The notes beneath the pieces are model-generated. The model had not been told where the DNA came from and did not search any database. It worked only from the letters and a program-made list of their open reading frames with translations. Made by a program: the position numbers and the translations under genes. A stretch of 64,000 nucleotides of DNA from an uncultured Rikenellaceae bacterium (GTDB lineage Bacteria; Bacteroidota; Bacteroidia; Bacteroidales; VadinHA17), in the NCBI GenBank assembly GCA_963802145.1, contig CAWDHN010000010.1:844230-908229 (forward strand), in the 5' to 3' direction. The first letter of the stretch is position 1, and every line of letters starts with the position of its first letter. Shown here piece by piece: positions 47,502-55,454 of the stretch.

Positions 47502-47718
47502 TCATTGAATCATCCATCTCCTGCAGCAGGCGTAACGTCTCAAGGGCATCTTCCTCCTTCAGCTTCTCGATGGCGAAACCGGCATGAAGCAATACGTAAT
47601 CGCCCACCGAGACGTCATCAACCATCTGAAGCCCTGCCCTGAAGAGGGCTCCTCCCACGGAGACCTCCGCCATCTCACCGTCGATGGCGATAACCTTCGC
47701 GGGAAGACTCAGACACAT
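47494..47718 (-). CDS. hypC: hydrogenase assembly chaperone HypC
   Basis: 74 aa with the N-terminus MCLSLPAKV. It overlaps hypD and hypF. Confidence 0.9.
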   Translation of the reverse strand: MCLSLPAKVIAIDGEMAEVSVGGALFRAGLQMVDDVSVGDYVLLHAGFAIEKLKEEDALETLRLLQEMDDSMSE

Positions 47719-49953
47719 ACTCCCCTCCTTTCTGCCGCCGTAAGGAGCTGACCGAGTGAGATGCCTCCGTCATTTGCAGGAACCTGGTGGTTGGTGTAGA
47801 CCATGAATTTGTTCATGGATAAAAGATACAAAGATTTCTCAAGCAGATACCTGTTCTGGAAAACCCCTCCCGAGAGGACAACATCTTTCAGTCCTGTCTC
47901 CCTTCGTATCCTGATGCATACGGCGACTATTATCTGTGCAATGGTATTATGAAACTTGGCTGCGATAAGGGGAATATCCGGTTTCTTTATATCCCTCAGA
48001 ATCTCCTGGAACATTTCACTGAGAGAGACCGTTGAGTTGAGGGTAAAGGGATAATAATCTTCCGTCGTGCAGCATATTGCTGACTCAAGCCGCATCGGTG
48101 CTTCAGAATCGAAGGATGACCTGGTGCATGGCATAAGAAGGGCCGAGACAGCATCGAAGACTCGTCCGGCGCCACATGTCAGTGGCGAATTTATGCCCTG
48201 AGCAAGCATAGCGGTGACGGTGTCAAGCTTTCTCTCTTCAATTGTCCGGAAAAGCTTAACCGACCGGAAGTCATAACCGTCGCCCACATAACTGTAAAGG
48301 CACGAGAGGGCCATCCGCCAGGGTTCATCAACAGCAGCATCGCCTCCGGGCATCATGAAATAGTCGAAGTGAGTGTATCTCTCGAAATCCCGTGCGGTTA
48401 CTGTCATGAACTCGCTGCCCCAGGTATTGCCGTCAGTGCCATAGCCGGTCCCGTCCATTATCACGGCAATAACCCTGCCGGCAAGACGATGCTCGGCCAT
48501 CACCGATGCCGCATGGGCATGGTGATGCTGGACCCTCGTCAGAGAGAGCCCCGTTCCTTCTGCCAGCTCTTCCGCAAACCTCGTTGACAGGTAATCGGGA
48601 TGCATATCGCAGACAATTGATGATGGGGTAAACCTGAAAAGAGAGGAGAAGAGCCTGACGGTCTCCTGATAATAATCGTATGTGGCCACATTTTTTAATA
48701 TCACCTATATACTGGCTCATAAAAGCCTGGTTGTTTTTGCCAATGCAGAAGCTGTTCTTCTGTTCGGCACCGGCGGCGAAAATACCCTCAGCTGAAGATT
48801 CCAGATCAACAGGCTGGGGTGCATAACCCCTTGACCTCCTTATAAGGCTGATGTTGCCGCCAATAATTCTTACAACCGAGTCGTCAGCCCGGTTGCAGAT
48901 CTCCCTGTTGTAACTAACGACGCAGCCGGTGACGGGCATGAGGTCTCTTTCGGCATGGTGGTCGCAGGTGATTATCGGTTCGTCGCTGAGATTACCGCTT
49001 GTCAACACGATTGCAGGTGTGCCGGAGAGCCTGAAGAACATATGGTGAACCGGCATATGGGGCAGCATCGCCCCGACCGTGTTCAGGCCGCTGCTCACTG
49101 ACGGAGCCAGCTCTCTCCTCTGCCTGAGTATTAATATCGGTCTTCTCCATGACAGCAGGGCAGCCTCCTCCTCCCTATCCGTAAAACAGTACTCCCTGAC
49201 GGCGTCAATATCCCTGAACATAACTGCAAAAGGCTTCATGTCACGCTGTTTTCTCTGTCTGAGCAGGGTGACAGCCTCCTCATTCAGGGCATCGCACATG
49301 AGGTTATATCCGCCTGTCGATTTTATGGCGACACTTCCACCGGCATCAAGGCGGCCGGAGATGAAACGCAGAATGTCAGTTATGCCTGTCACAACTTTGT
49401 CGCCTGCCTTCAGAGTGTATACCGGCCCGCAGCTGTTGCATGCCACGGGCTGTGCATGGAACCGCCGGTCAGAGATATCATTGTACTCTGCAGCACACCG
49501 GTGACACATGGCGAACGAGTCCATGGTGGTGTTGGCCCTGTCATAGGGAAGGGCCTTAATTATGGTGAAGCGGGGACCGCAGTTTGTGCAATTAATGAAG
49601 GGATAATCAATGCGTGCGGGGTCCGCAGCAAGATCAGCAAGGCACTCCCCGCAAAGGGCGATGTCAGGACTAACCTCCGTAATGGTCTCCTCGATATTCC
49701 TGCTGGGGGTGATGGTGAAGTCGCTGTATCTCCTTATTTCTGTTATTCGCGCCTCTATAGATTTAATGTTTGCTGCCGCAGGAGCCAGGGCACGGATATC
49801 ACCCATAAACTTTTCTGCCGTAGCCAGGTCACATTGCAGTACCACTGTAACCCCGTCAGTCCTGTTGACCACTTCGCCGGTCAGACAGTACATGCAGGCA
49901 AGCCTGTGAATGAAAGGACGGAATCCCACACCCTGCACAAGCCCCCGGATCAA
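47709..49953 (-). pseudogene. hypF: carbamoyltransferase HypF, interrupted by a +1 frameshift in an A6 run as assembled
   Basis: The N-terminal frame (track 48433..49953) carries the acylphosphatase (GLVQGVGFRPF), zinc-finger (CGEC, CTNCGPRF, CHRC, CNSCGP) and YrdC-like domains. The C-terminal frame (47709..48704) carries the Kae1-like domain. Removing one A (plus-strand T6 at 48691-48696) joins them as ...SQYIGDIKNVATYDYYQETV... No ATG is available at the N-terminus; there is a TTG at 49953. Confidence 0.85.
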
Positions 49954-49979
49954 TATCTCATACCCTGTTTCTATGACAG

Positions 49980-50633
49980 CTATAGGAATAATGACTGCTT
50001 CTCCTTCATACGGTAGACAGACCAGATTACACTCTCTATCTCATCACTCAGGTTCACGTTGTTAACAACCACATAGACAGGTACCTTAAGCAATACAGGC
50101 GAGAAATTCACAATACCCCTGATACCCATGCTTACAAGTTCATTGCACACCTCCTGGGCCGAAATGCCAGGGACGGCAACGATGGCCACCGTGACCCTGA
50201 ACCTGTCAATTATCTCCTGAAGGCGCTCCGGGGCATAGACAAGAGATGCAGCCCTGATCTTCTGCTTATTGGGGTCTATGTCGAAAGTGGCAACAATGTT
50301 TATTCCACGCTGAATAAATTGTCCGTACTTGGAGAGAGCCTGTCCGAGATTGCCCATACCCACAAGGATCACGTTGGTGATCCTGTCCCTGTTGAATATT
50401 GCCTCCATCTCCAGGAGAAGTGATTCGGTCAGGTAACCTCCCCTCCTGTTACCCTTTATGCCATATTCGGAAAAATCTTTCCTTACCTGCTCGGGAGAGA
50501 CCCCTGCACCTGCGGCAATAGTGTGGGAAAAGACCCGGGTGACACCCATGGTGTTCATTCGTGCCAGCAGCCCATGATAGAGAAAAATTCGCCTCAGGCT
50601 GTTCCTAACAGTATGTTTCGTGAATTCCTTCAC
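49980..50633 (-). CDS. rex: redox-sensing transcriptional repressor Rex
   Basis: 217 aa with a GTG start. It has a winged-helix N-terminus (RVFSHTIAAGAGVSPEQVRKDFSEYG) and the Rossmann motif VGMGNLGQAL. Confidence 0.9.
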   Translation of the reverse strand: MKEFTKHTVRNSLRRIFLYHGLLARMNTMGVTRVFSHTIAAGAGVSPEQVRKDFSEYGIKGNRRGGYLTESLLLEMEAIFNRDRITNVILVGMGNLGQALSKYGQFIQRGINIVATFDIDPNKQKIRAASLVYAPERLQEIIDRFRVTVAIVAVPGISAQEVCNELVSMGIRGIVNFSPVLLKVPVYVVVNNVNLSDEIESVIWSVYRMKEKQSLFL

Positions 50634-50634
50634 A
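50619..50634 (-). promoter_or_regulatory. Rex-operator-like palindrome overlapping the rex start codon
   Basis: The minus strand reads TGTGAAGGAATTCACG, a 15/16 match to TGTGAA-N4-TTCACA. It includes the rex GTG start. Confidence 0.55.
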
Positions 50635-50771
50635 TTAAATTACTGCTTTTACATTCCTTCATGCAAGTTAAACTAACTTTTTCAAACAGCGTATATAAAA
50701 AATATAATATTGATTATGAGTATGTTATTAAAACAGCTGCTGTCGCTCATCCTGTAAGGGATAAAAAAAAC

Positions 50772-50802
50772 TTGACTTGCGTTCATTGCACACTTAACTT
50801 TA
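50772..50802 (+). promoter_or_regulatory. candidate promoter of the [NiFe] hydrogenase operon
   Basis: TTGACT (50772-50777) is separated by 17 nt from TAACTT (50795-50800). The latter also reads TAACTTTA, a 7/8 match to the Bacteroidota -7 box TAnnTTTG. Confidence 0.3.
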
Positions 50803-50805
50803 TTA

Positions 50806-50821
50806 TGTGAATCTTCTCACA
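50806..50821 (+). promoter_or_regulatory. Rex-operator-like palindrome immediately upstream of the [NiFe] hydrogenase operon
   Basis: TGTGAATCTTCTCACA is a 15/16 match to TGTGAA-N4-TTCACA. It ends 4 nt before the ATG at 50826. Confidence 0.6.
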
Positions 50822-50825
50822 TAAA

Positions 50826-51815
50826 ATGTACTACATAAGCATTAAGAAAGAAGATTGGCATCGTTCACTGGAAAAACTACTCACCTCCCATGACATTTTT
50901 GTTCCGGTGAAGGATGAATATAGCCTTGATTATGAGCCTTTCAGGCCGAATCAGGCTGAACATATTGCTTATAACACCCCCAAGCCTGCCACTCCGCTCA
51001 AGAATTTCTTTCTGCCCGTAAGGGAGAATGTGACTTCGGCCAGGAATACCGGCAGGCCAAGGATCATCATCGGTGTGCCCAACTGTGATGTTGAGGCTCT
51101 GGGGCTGCTTGACGAGATTTATATGGATGAGGAGTTCAACGATCCCTTTTACAGGAACCGCCGGGAAAGCACCATCCTTATATCTTCAGACTGCTACTCG
51201 GTGAATGATCACTGCCATTGTACCTCCTATGGTGTTAAGCCTTATTCGATGGCGAATGCAGACATGGCACTGCTATCGGATGGCGATGTTATTCATCTGA
51301 GGGTCATAACCGGACGCGGTGAAGAGTTTTCAAAGCAGTTAACCTCCGTCTTCGCCGGAGATGGCTCTGACCACCTCCGTTATGCAGAGAAGCGGCATCA
51401 GGAGGCTGAAGCCATGCTGGCTGACCGCAACAAAGGCCTTCCGGACTACAAGACCACGGGAGAGATCGTACAGAAGGCAGGTGCACGGATATGGGCAAAG
51501 TACGCATCGAAGTGCGTTTCGTGCGGTGCATGTACAACCATCTGCCCCACCTGCAGCTGCTTTCTCCTGATTGACAAGCCCGATTTTGCAAAAGTCAAGC
51601 AGATGGACGCCTGTCAGTACCCCGGGTTTGCCAGGGTTGCCGGAGGAGAGGATGCCCTTTTCCACCTTCCCGATCGTTTCAGGAACAGGTACATGTGCAA
51701 GTATGTATGGAAGCCTCAGAAATTCCATTCACTGGCATGCACTGGCTGCGGGAGGTGCATTGAGGCATGCATCGGCAAGATCAGCAAGAATGAACTGTTC
51801 ATGGAACTCATCTGA
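50826..51815 (+). CDS. 4Fe-4S protein of the AsrA / sulfhydrogenase beta (HyhB/HydB) type
   Basis: 329 aa with the Cys motifs CVSCGACTTICPTCSC and CTGCGRCIEAC. It is paired with an AsrB-type gene 8 nt downstream. Confidence 0.7.
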   Translation: MYYISIKKEDWHRSLEKLLTSHDIFVPVKDEYSLDYEPFRPNQAEHIAYNTPKPATPLKNFFLPVRENVTSARNTGRPRIIIGVPNCDVEALGLLDEIYMDEEFNDPFYRNRRESTILISSDCYSVNDHCHCTSYGVKPYSMANADMALLSDGDVIHLRVITGRGEEFSKQLTSVFAGDGSDHLRYAEKRHQEAEAMLADRNKGLPDYKTTGEIVQKAGARIWAKYASKCVSCGACTTICPTCSCFLLIDKPDFAKVKQMDACQYPGFARVAGGEDALFHLPDRFRNRYMCKYVWKPQKFHSLACTGCGRCIEACIGKISKNELFMELI

Positions 51816-51823
51816 CGATTCTT

Positions 51824-52651
51824 ATGGCCAGCTATGACAATAATATATATAAGCCTCTCAGGGCGACACTCGAAGAGGTGATTGATGAATCGCCCGTGAT
51901 CAAGACCTTCGTGCTGATCCCCGATGAAGAATTCGTCTTTAAAACCGGACAGTTCATTGAGCTCTCAGTTGAAGGCGTGGGCGAGGCACCCTTTACCCCT
52001 TCGTCGTCACCCCTGGTAACCGACAGGCTGGAGGTCACGGTCATGAAGACAGGTTATGTCACCGGCATCATGCATGAGCTTAAACCGGGTGCGGTGATGG
52101 GTATCAGGGGTCCTTACGGACGGGGTTACCCGGTCAGTGAGTTTGAAGGCAAAGAGGTGCTGATCCTTGGCGGAGGATGCGGCCTGGCTCCCATACGTTC
52201 ACTGCTCTACGCACTTGAACACATCAAGGATGACCTTGAGAAGGTGGTACTCTGCTATGGCTCGAAGACACCTGCCGATTGCATCTACAAGCCTCTGTTC
52301 ACCAGGCTGAACAGCATAGATAAATTTGAGGCCCACCGTACAGTGGACGTTACCGATGATGACTGGGACGGGCCTGTTGGCGTGGCCACCAAGCTGCTCG
52401 ACAGCGTAAAGGTGAATATAGACCGGTCGGTTGCCGTGGTATGCGGCCCGCCGATCATGATGAAGTTCGGTACGCTGAGGCTTCTGGAGATGGGCTACCG
52501 CGATGAACAGATATACCTCTCCATGGAAAAGAACATGTCGTGCGGCCTCGGCAAGTGCGGCCATTGCATGATGGGCGAATTTTTCGTCTGCAAAGACGGT
52601 CCGGTATTCACTTACAAGGAGTTAAAACATAATCCTGAAATCTGGAAATAA
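51824..52651 (+). CDS. FAD/NAD(P)-binding 2Fe-2S oxidoreductase of the AsrB / sulfhydrogenase gamma (HyhG/HydG) / PyrK type
   Basis: 275 aa. It has a flavin-binding barrel (APFTPSS), the nucleotide motif GGGCGLAP and a C-terminal 2Fe-2S motif (CGLGKCGHCMMGEFFVC). Confidence 0.8.
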   Translation: MASYDNNIYKPLRATLEEVIDESPVIKTFVLIPDEEFVFKTGQFIELSVEGVGEAPFTPSSSPLVTDRLEVTVMKTGYVTGIMHELKPGAVMGIRGPYGRGYPVSEFEGKEVLILGGGCGLAPIRSLLYALEHIKDDLEKVVLCYGSKTPADCIYKPLFTRLNSIDKFEAHRTVDVTDDDWDGPVGVATKLLDSVKVNIDRSVAVVCGPPIMMKFGTLRLLEMGYRDEQIYLSMEKNMSCGLGKCGHCMMGEFFVCKDGPVFTYKELKHNPEIWK

Positions 52652-52667
52652 CCTAAAGGGGAATGTC

Positions 52668-53123
52668 ATGAAGGTGGAAATTGATGATCTGAAACAAATC
52701 AGATTTTTTGAGAAGTTCTCTGATGAGCAGCTCGGAACCATTGCCCTGATCTCTTCCATCAGGGAGTTCAGGGTAAAGGAAATGATATTCGAACAGTATG
52801 ATGAGCTTTCAGAAGTATTCGTCCTGCTGTCCGGGTCCCTCTCGCTGGGTATCAGCCTGCCGAAGGAAAAGAGGATACACCTGGGAACCATTGAAGAGGG
52901 TCAGCTCTTTTCGTGGTCAGCTGTTTTCCCTCCCTTTATCTCCACAGCCTGGGTGATGGCCGTCACTCCGGCAAGGGTTATCGCCATCGATGCGAAAAAG
53001 CTCAACGCCGAAATAGAGCGCGACTGTGATTTCGGCTTCAAGACCATGTCAAAGATTGCCCAGACCATATCTCACCGCCTTAGCGATACCAGGTTCCAGC
53101 TTATGAACCAGCTGAGCCTATAG
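52668..53123 (+). CDS. stand-alone cyclic-nucleotide-binding (CAP effector) domain protein, no DNA-binding domain
   Basis: 151 aa. It has a beta-barrel cNMP-domain pattern (FFEKFSDEQL...GQLFSWSAV...RVIAIDAKKL) followed by one C-helix, then a stop. Confidence 0.65.
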   Translation: MKVEIDDLKQIRFFEKFSDEQLGTIALISSIREFRVKEMIFEQYDELSEVFVLLSGSLSLGISLPKEKRIHLGTIEEGQLFSWSAVFPPFISTAWVMAVTPARVIAIDAKKLNAEIERDCDFGFKTMSKIAQTISHRLSDTRFQLMNQLSL

Positions 53124-53135
53124 ACAGCATAAATC

Positions 53136-53627
53136 ATGAAGGTGCTCATTGATATGATAAAACTGAGGGAAGCCATGACGGCGGATGCGTCGTTAATACT
53201 TCCCGAGGGTCTCTGTTACAACTCTGCCAACACCAACGGCCTCAAGACCATACGTGAGCTTGCCACCTTCAGGTTCACCTGCCGCAGGTGCGAGGATGCC
53301 CCCTGCATCGGCGTCTGCCCGGCCGACGCCCTTGAAAAGGACCAGGAGGGGGTGGTCGTCCGCCACACCAACCTCTGCGTCTCATGTAAGTCATGCGTGA
53401 CAATCTGTCCCTTCGGAACGATGATGACCGATTTCTTCAGACATCACCGCAACAAAGACCTCTTTTATGATCTGTGTGACCATGAAGAGGCACGGAAGTT
53501 TGTTGCCGCATGCCCGCCGGGAACAGCGATGCTGACTGACCAGAACGAGAAGCCTGAAGAGCATATCTATAAACTGAATGAGAGGGTGCTCATAAGGGAA
53601 TACATATATACAACTGAAAACGAGTAA
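53136..53627 (+). CDS. HycB/CooF-type multi-cluster 4Fe-4S ferredoxin
   Basis: 163 aa with the motifs CRRCEDAPCIGVCP and CVSCKSCVTICP, plus a distal C...CP pair. Confidence 0.75.
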   Translation: MKVLIDMIKLREAMTADASLILPEGLCYNSANTNGLKTIRELATFRFTCRRCEDAPCIGVCPADALEKDQEGVVVRHTNLCVSCKSCVTICPFGTMMTDFFRHHRNKDLFYDLCDHEEARKFVAACPPGTAMLTDQNEKPEEHIYKLNERVLIREYIYTTENE

Positions 53628-53638
53628 AGAGAAAGGAT

Positions 53639-54568
53639 ATGGCGGTTAATCTTCTGTATTTCTTTGTTTTTCCGGGGTTGCTGTTCATGGCAGTGGCCGG
53701 AGCTTTTCTCTCATGGTTCGACCGGAAGATAACCGCCAGGGTTCAGTTCCGCAAGGGGCCTCCCCTGCTGCAGCCCTTCTGGGATTTCTTCAAGCTGCTG
53801 CTGGTCAAGGAGACTATCCTGCCAAAGAACGGATCGCATTCTGTCTTTCTCATTGCACCATTGCTGGCGGTATTCGGTGCCATCATGGCCGGAGTTTTTA
53901 TTCTCCTTCCGCTGTTCAATATCGGAACCGGATTCAGAGGCGATCTGATTGTCATATTCTACCTCCTCACCCTGCCATCGTTCTCCTACATAATAGGCTC
54001 ACTGGCTTCAGGCAATCCCCTGGCTGCCGTGGGGGCCTCACGCGAGATGAAGCTGATAATAAGCTATGAGCTGACCTTTCTCCTGTTGGTGGCGGCTGTA
54101 ATAATGAAGAGCGGGCAGCAGTTCGACCTCAGAAGCGTGATAGAAGCACAGCAGTCGGGCACACCGTTTATAGGCAGCATCTCCGGAGTCCTCCTATTCA
54201 TTGCCGGCATCTTCTGCATTCAGGCCAAGCTGGGTCTGGTGCCGTTTGACATGCCCGAAGCCGAGGCTGAGCTGGCTTCCGGCATTTACATCGAATATTC
54301 CGGCCCTCCCTACGCGATGATCAAACTGGCAAAGTACATAATGCTCTTTGTGCTGCCGGCATTCCTTGTCGCACTCCTCATGAACGGAATGAACCCGGGC
54401 ATAAACATTGTCTGGCTCATACTGAAGATCCTCGGCGTTGTGCTTCTCCTGACGCTTATCAGGAACACCAACCCGAGAGTGAAGATCAAGCAGGCCTCCG
54501 GCTTCTTTCTTATATGGATGAACCTGCTGGTTGTGATTGCCATTGTGCTGATTGCATTCGGATTATAA
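53639..54568 (+). CDS. group-4 hydrogenase membrane subunit (NuoH/HycD/MbhM-like)
   Basis: 309 aa with about 8 TM helices. The N-terminal signature is DRKITARVQFRKGPPLLQPFWDFFKLLLKE-like. Confidence 0.85.
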   Translation: MAVNLLYFFVFPGLLFMAVAGAFLSWFDRKITARVQFRKGPPLLQPFWDFFKLLLVKETILPKNGSHSVFLIAPLLAVFGAIMAGVFILLPLFNIGTGFRGDLIVIFYLLTLPSFSYIIGSLASGNPLAAVGASREMKLIISYELTFLLLVAAVIMKSGQQFDLRSVIEAQQSGTPFIGSISGVLLFIAGIFCIQAKLGLVPFDMPEAEAELASGIYIEYSGPPYAMIKLAKYIMLFVLPAFLVALLMNGMNPGINIVWLILKILGVVLLLTLIRNTNPRVKIKQASGFFLIWMNLLVVIAIVLIAFGL

Positions 54569-54579
54569 AATTACAGATC

Positions 54580-54993
54580 GTGGGTTTCAAGGATTATTGT
54601 TTCAGGAAATCACTCTGGGTCTTCCACTTCGGCGGGGCATCATGCAACAACTGTGATATCGAGATCCTTGACTGCCTGACGCCGAGACATGACCTTGAAC
54701 GCTTCGGCATATTGCTGGTGGGAAGCATCAGGCATGCCGACGTACTGCTGGTGAACGGATCCATCAACAGACGTGACAAGCCCAGGCTCCTGGAACTCTA
54801 TCATCAGGCACCCAAACCACTGCTGGTGGTTGCCATAGGCGCCTGCGGCTGCACCGGCGGGATCTTTGCCGAGGGGAACACCTTTGCCGGTCCCGTTGAC
54901 AAGATCATCCCGGTGGATGCATATATACCCGGATGCCCTCCAAAACCCGAGGCAATCATAGCGGGAATAGTTAAACTGGCGGGAAAAAAATAG
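54580..54993 (+). CDS. group-4 [NiFe] hydrogenase small subunit (NuoB/HycG/MbhJ-like)
   Basis: The GTG start at 54580 follows the upstream stop at 54568. Proximal-cluster Cys motifs are SCNNCDIE, GACGCTGG and GCPPKPEA. Confidence 0.85.
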   Translation: MGFKDYCFRKSLWVFHFGGASCNNCDIEILDCLTPRHDLERFGILLVGSIRHADVLLVNGSINRRDKPRLLELYHQAPKPLLVVAIGACGCTGGIFAEGNTFAGPVDKIIPVDAYIPGCPPKPEAIIAGIVKLAGKK

Positions 54994-55003
54994 TGACAAA
55001 CCT

Positions 55004-55441
55004 ATGGATACTGAGACAGCCATAAATAAACTGACGGAAAAATTCTACAGTGATACTGTCAAAGTGGTACTCCTTAAGGAGAAGCGCGGCATTGTCACAA
55101 TAAGGCCAACAGCCATCACCGGGATATCCGAATACCTTTATAAAAGCGAAGGCTACAGGTTCATCATAGCCTCTGCCCTTCATACAAGGCGAGGATTTGA
55201 GATCTACTACCACTTCAGTCGCGACGCTGAGGGGATGATACTCAGCCTGCATGTCATACTTGATAAGGAGAAACCCCGTATCAAATCACTCTCAAACATG
55301 TTCAGTGCATCAAACTGGATCGAGAGAGAGATGCATGAACTCTTCGGCATAGACTTCCTGGACCACCCCAACCAGGAGAAGCTGCTTTCAGAAGGCAACT
55401 GGGCAGACGATGTCTACCCCTACAGAAAAGAGTTCAAATAA
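55004..55441 (+). CDS. NuoC/MbhK-like 30 kDa-type subunit
   Basis: 145 aa with the motif WIEREMHELFGIDFLDHP. Confidence 0.8.
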   Translation: MDTETAINKLTEKFYSDTVKVVLLKEKRGIVTIRPTAITGISEYLYKSEGYRFIIASALHTRRGFEIYYHFSRDAEGMILSLHVILDKEKPRIKSLSNMFSASNWIEREMHELFGIDFLDHPNQEKLLSEGNWADDVYPYRKEFK

Positions 55442-55454
55442 TACTCTGACCACC

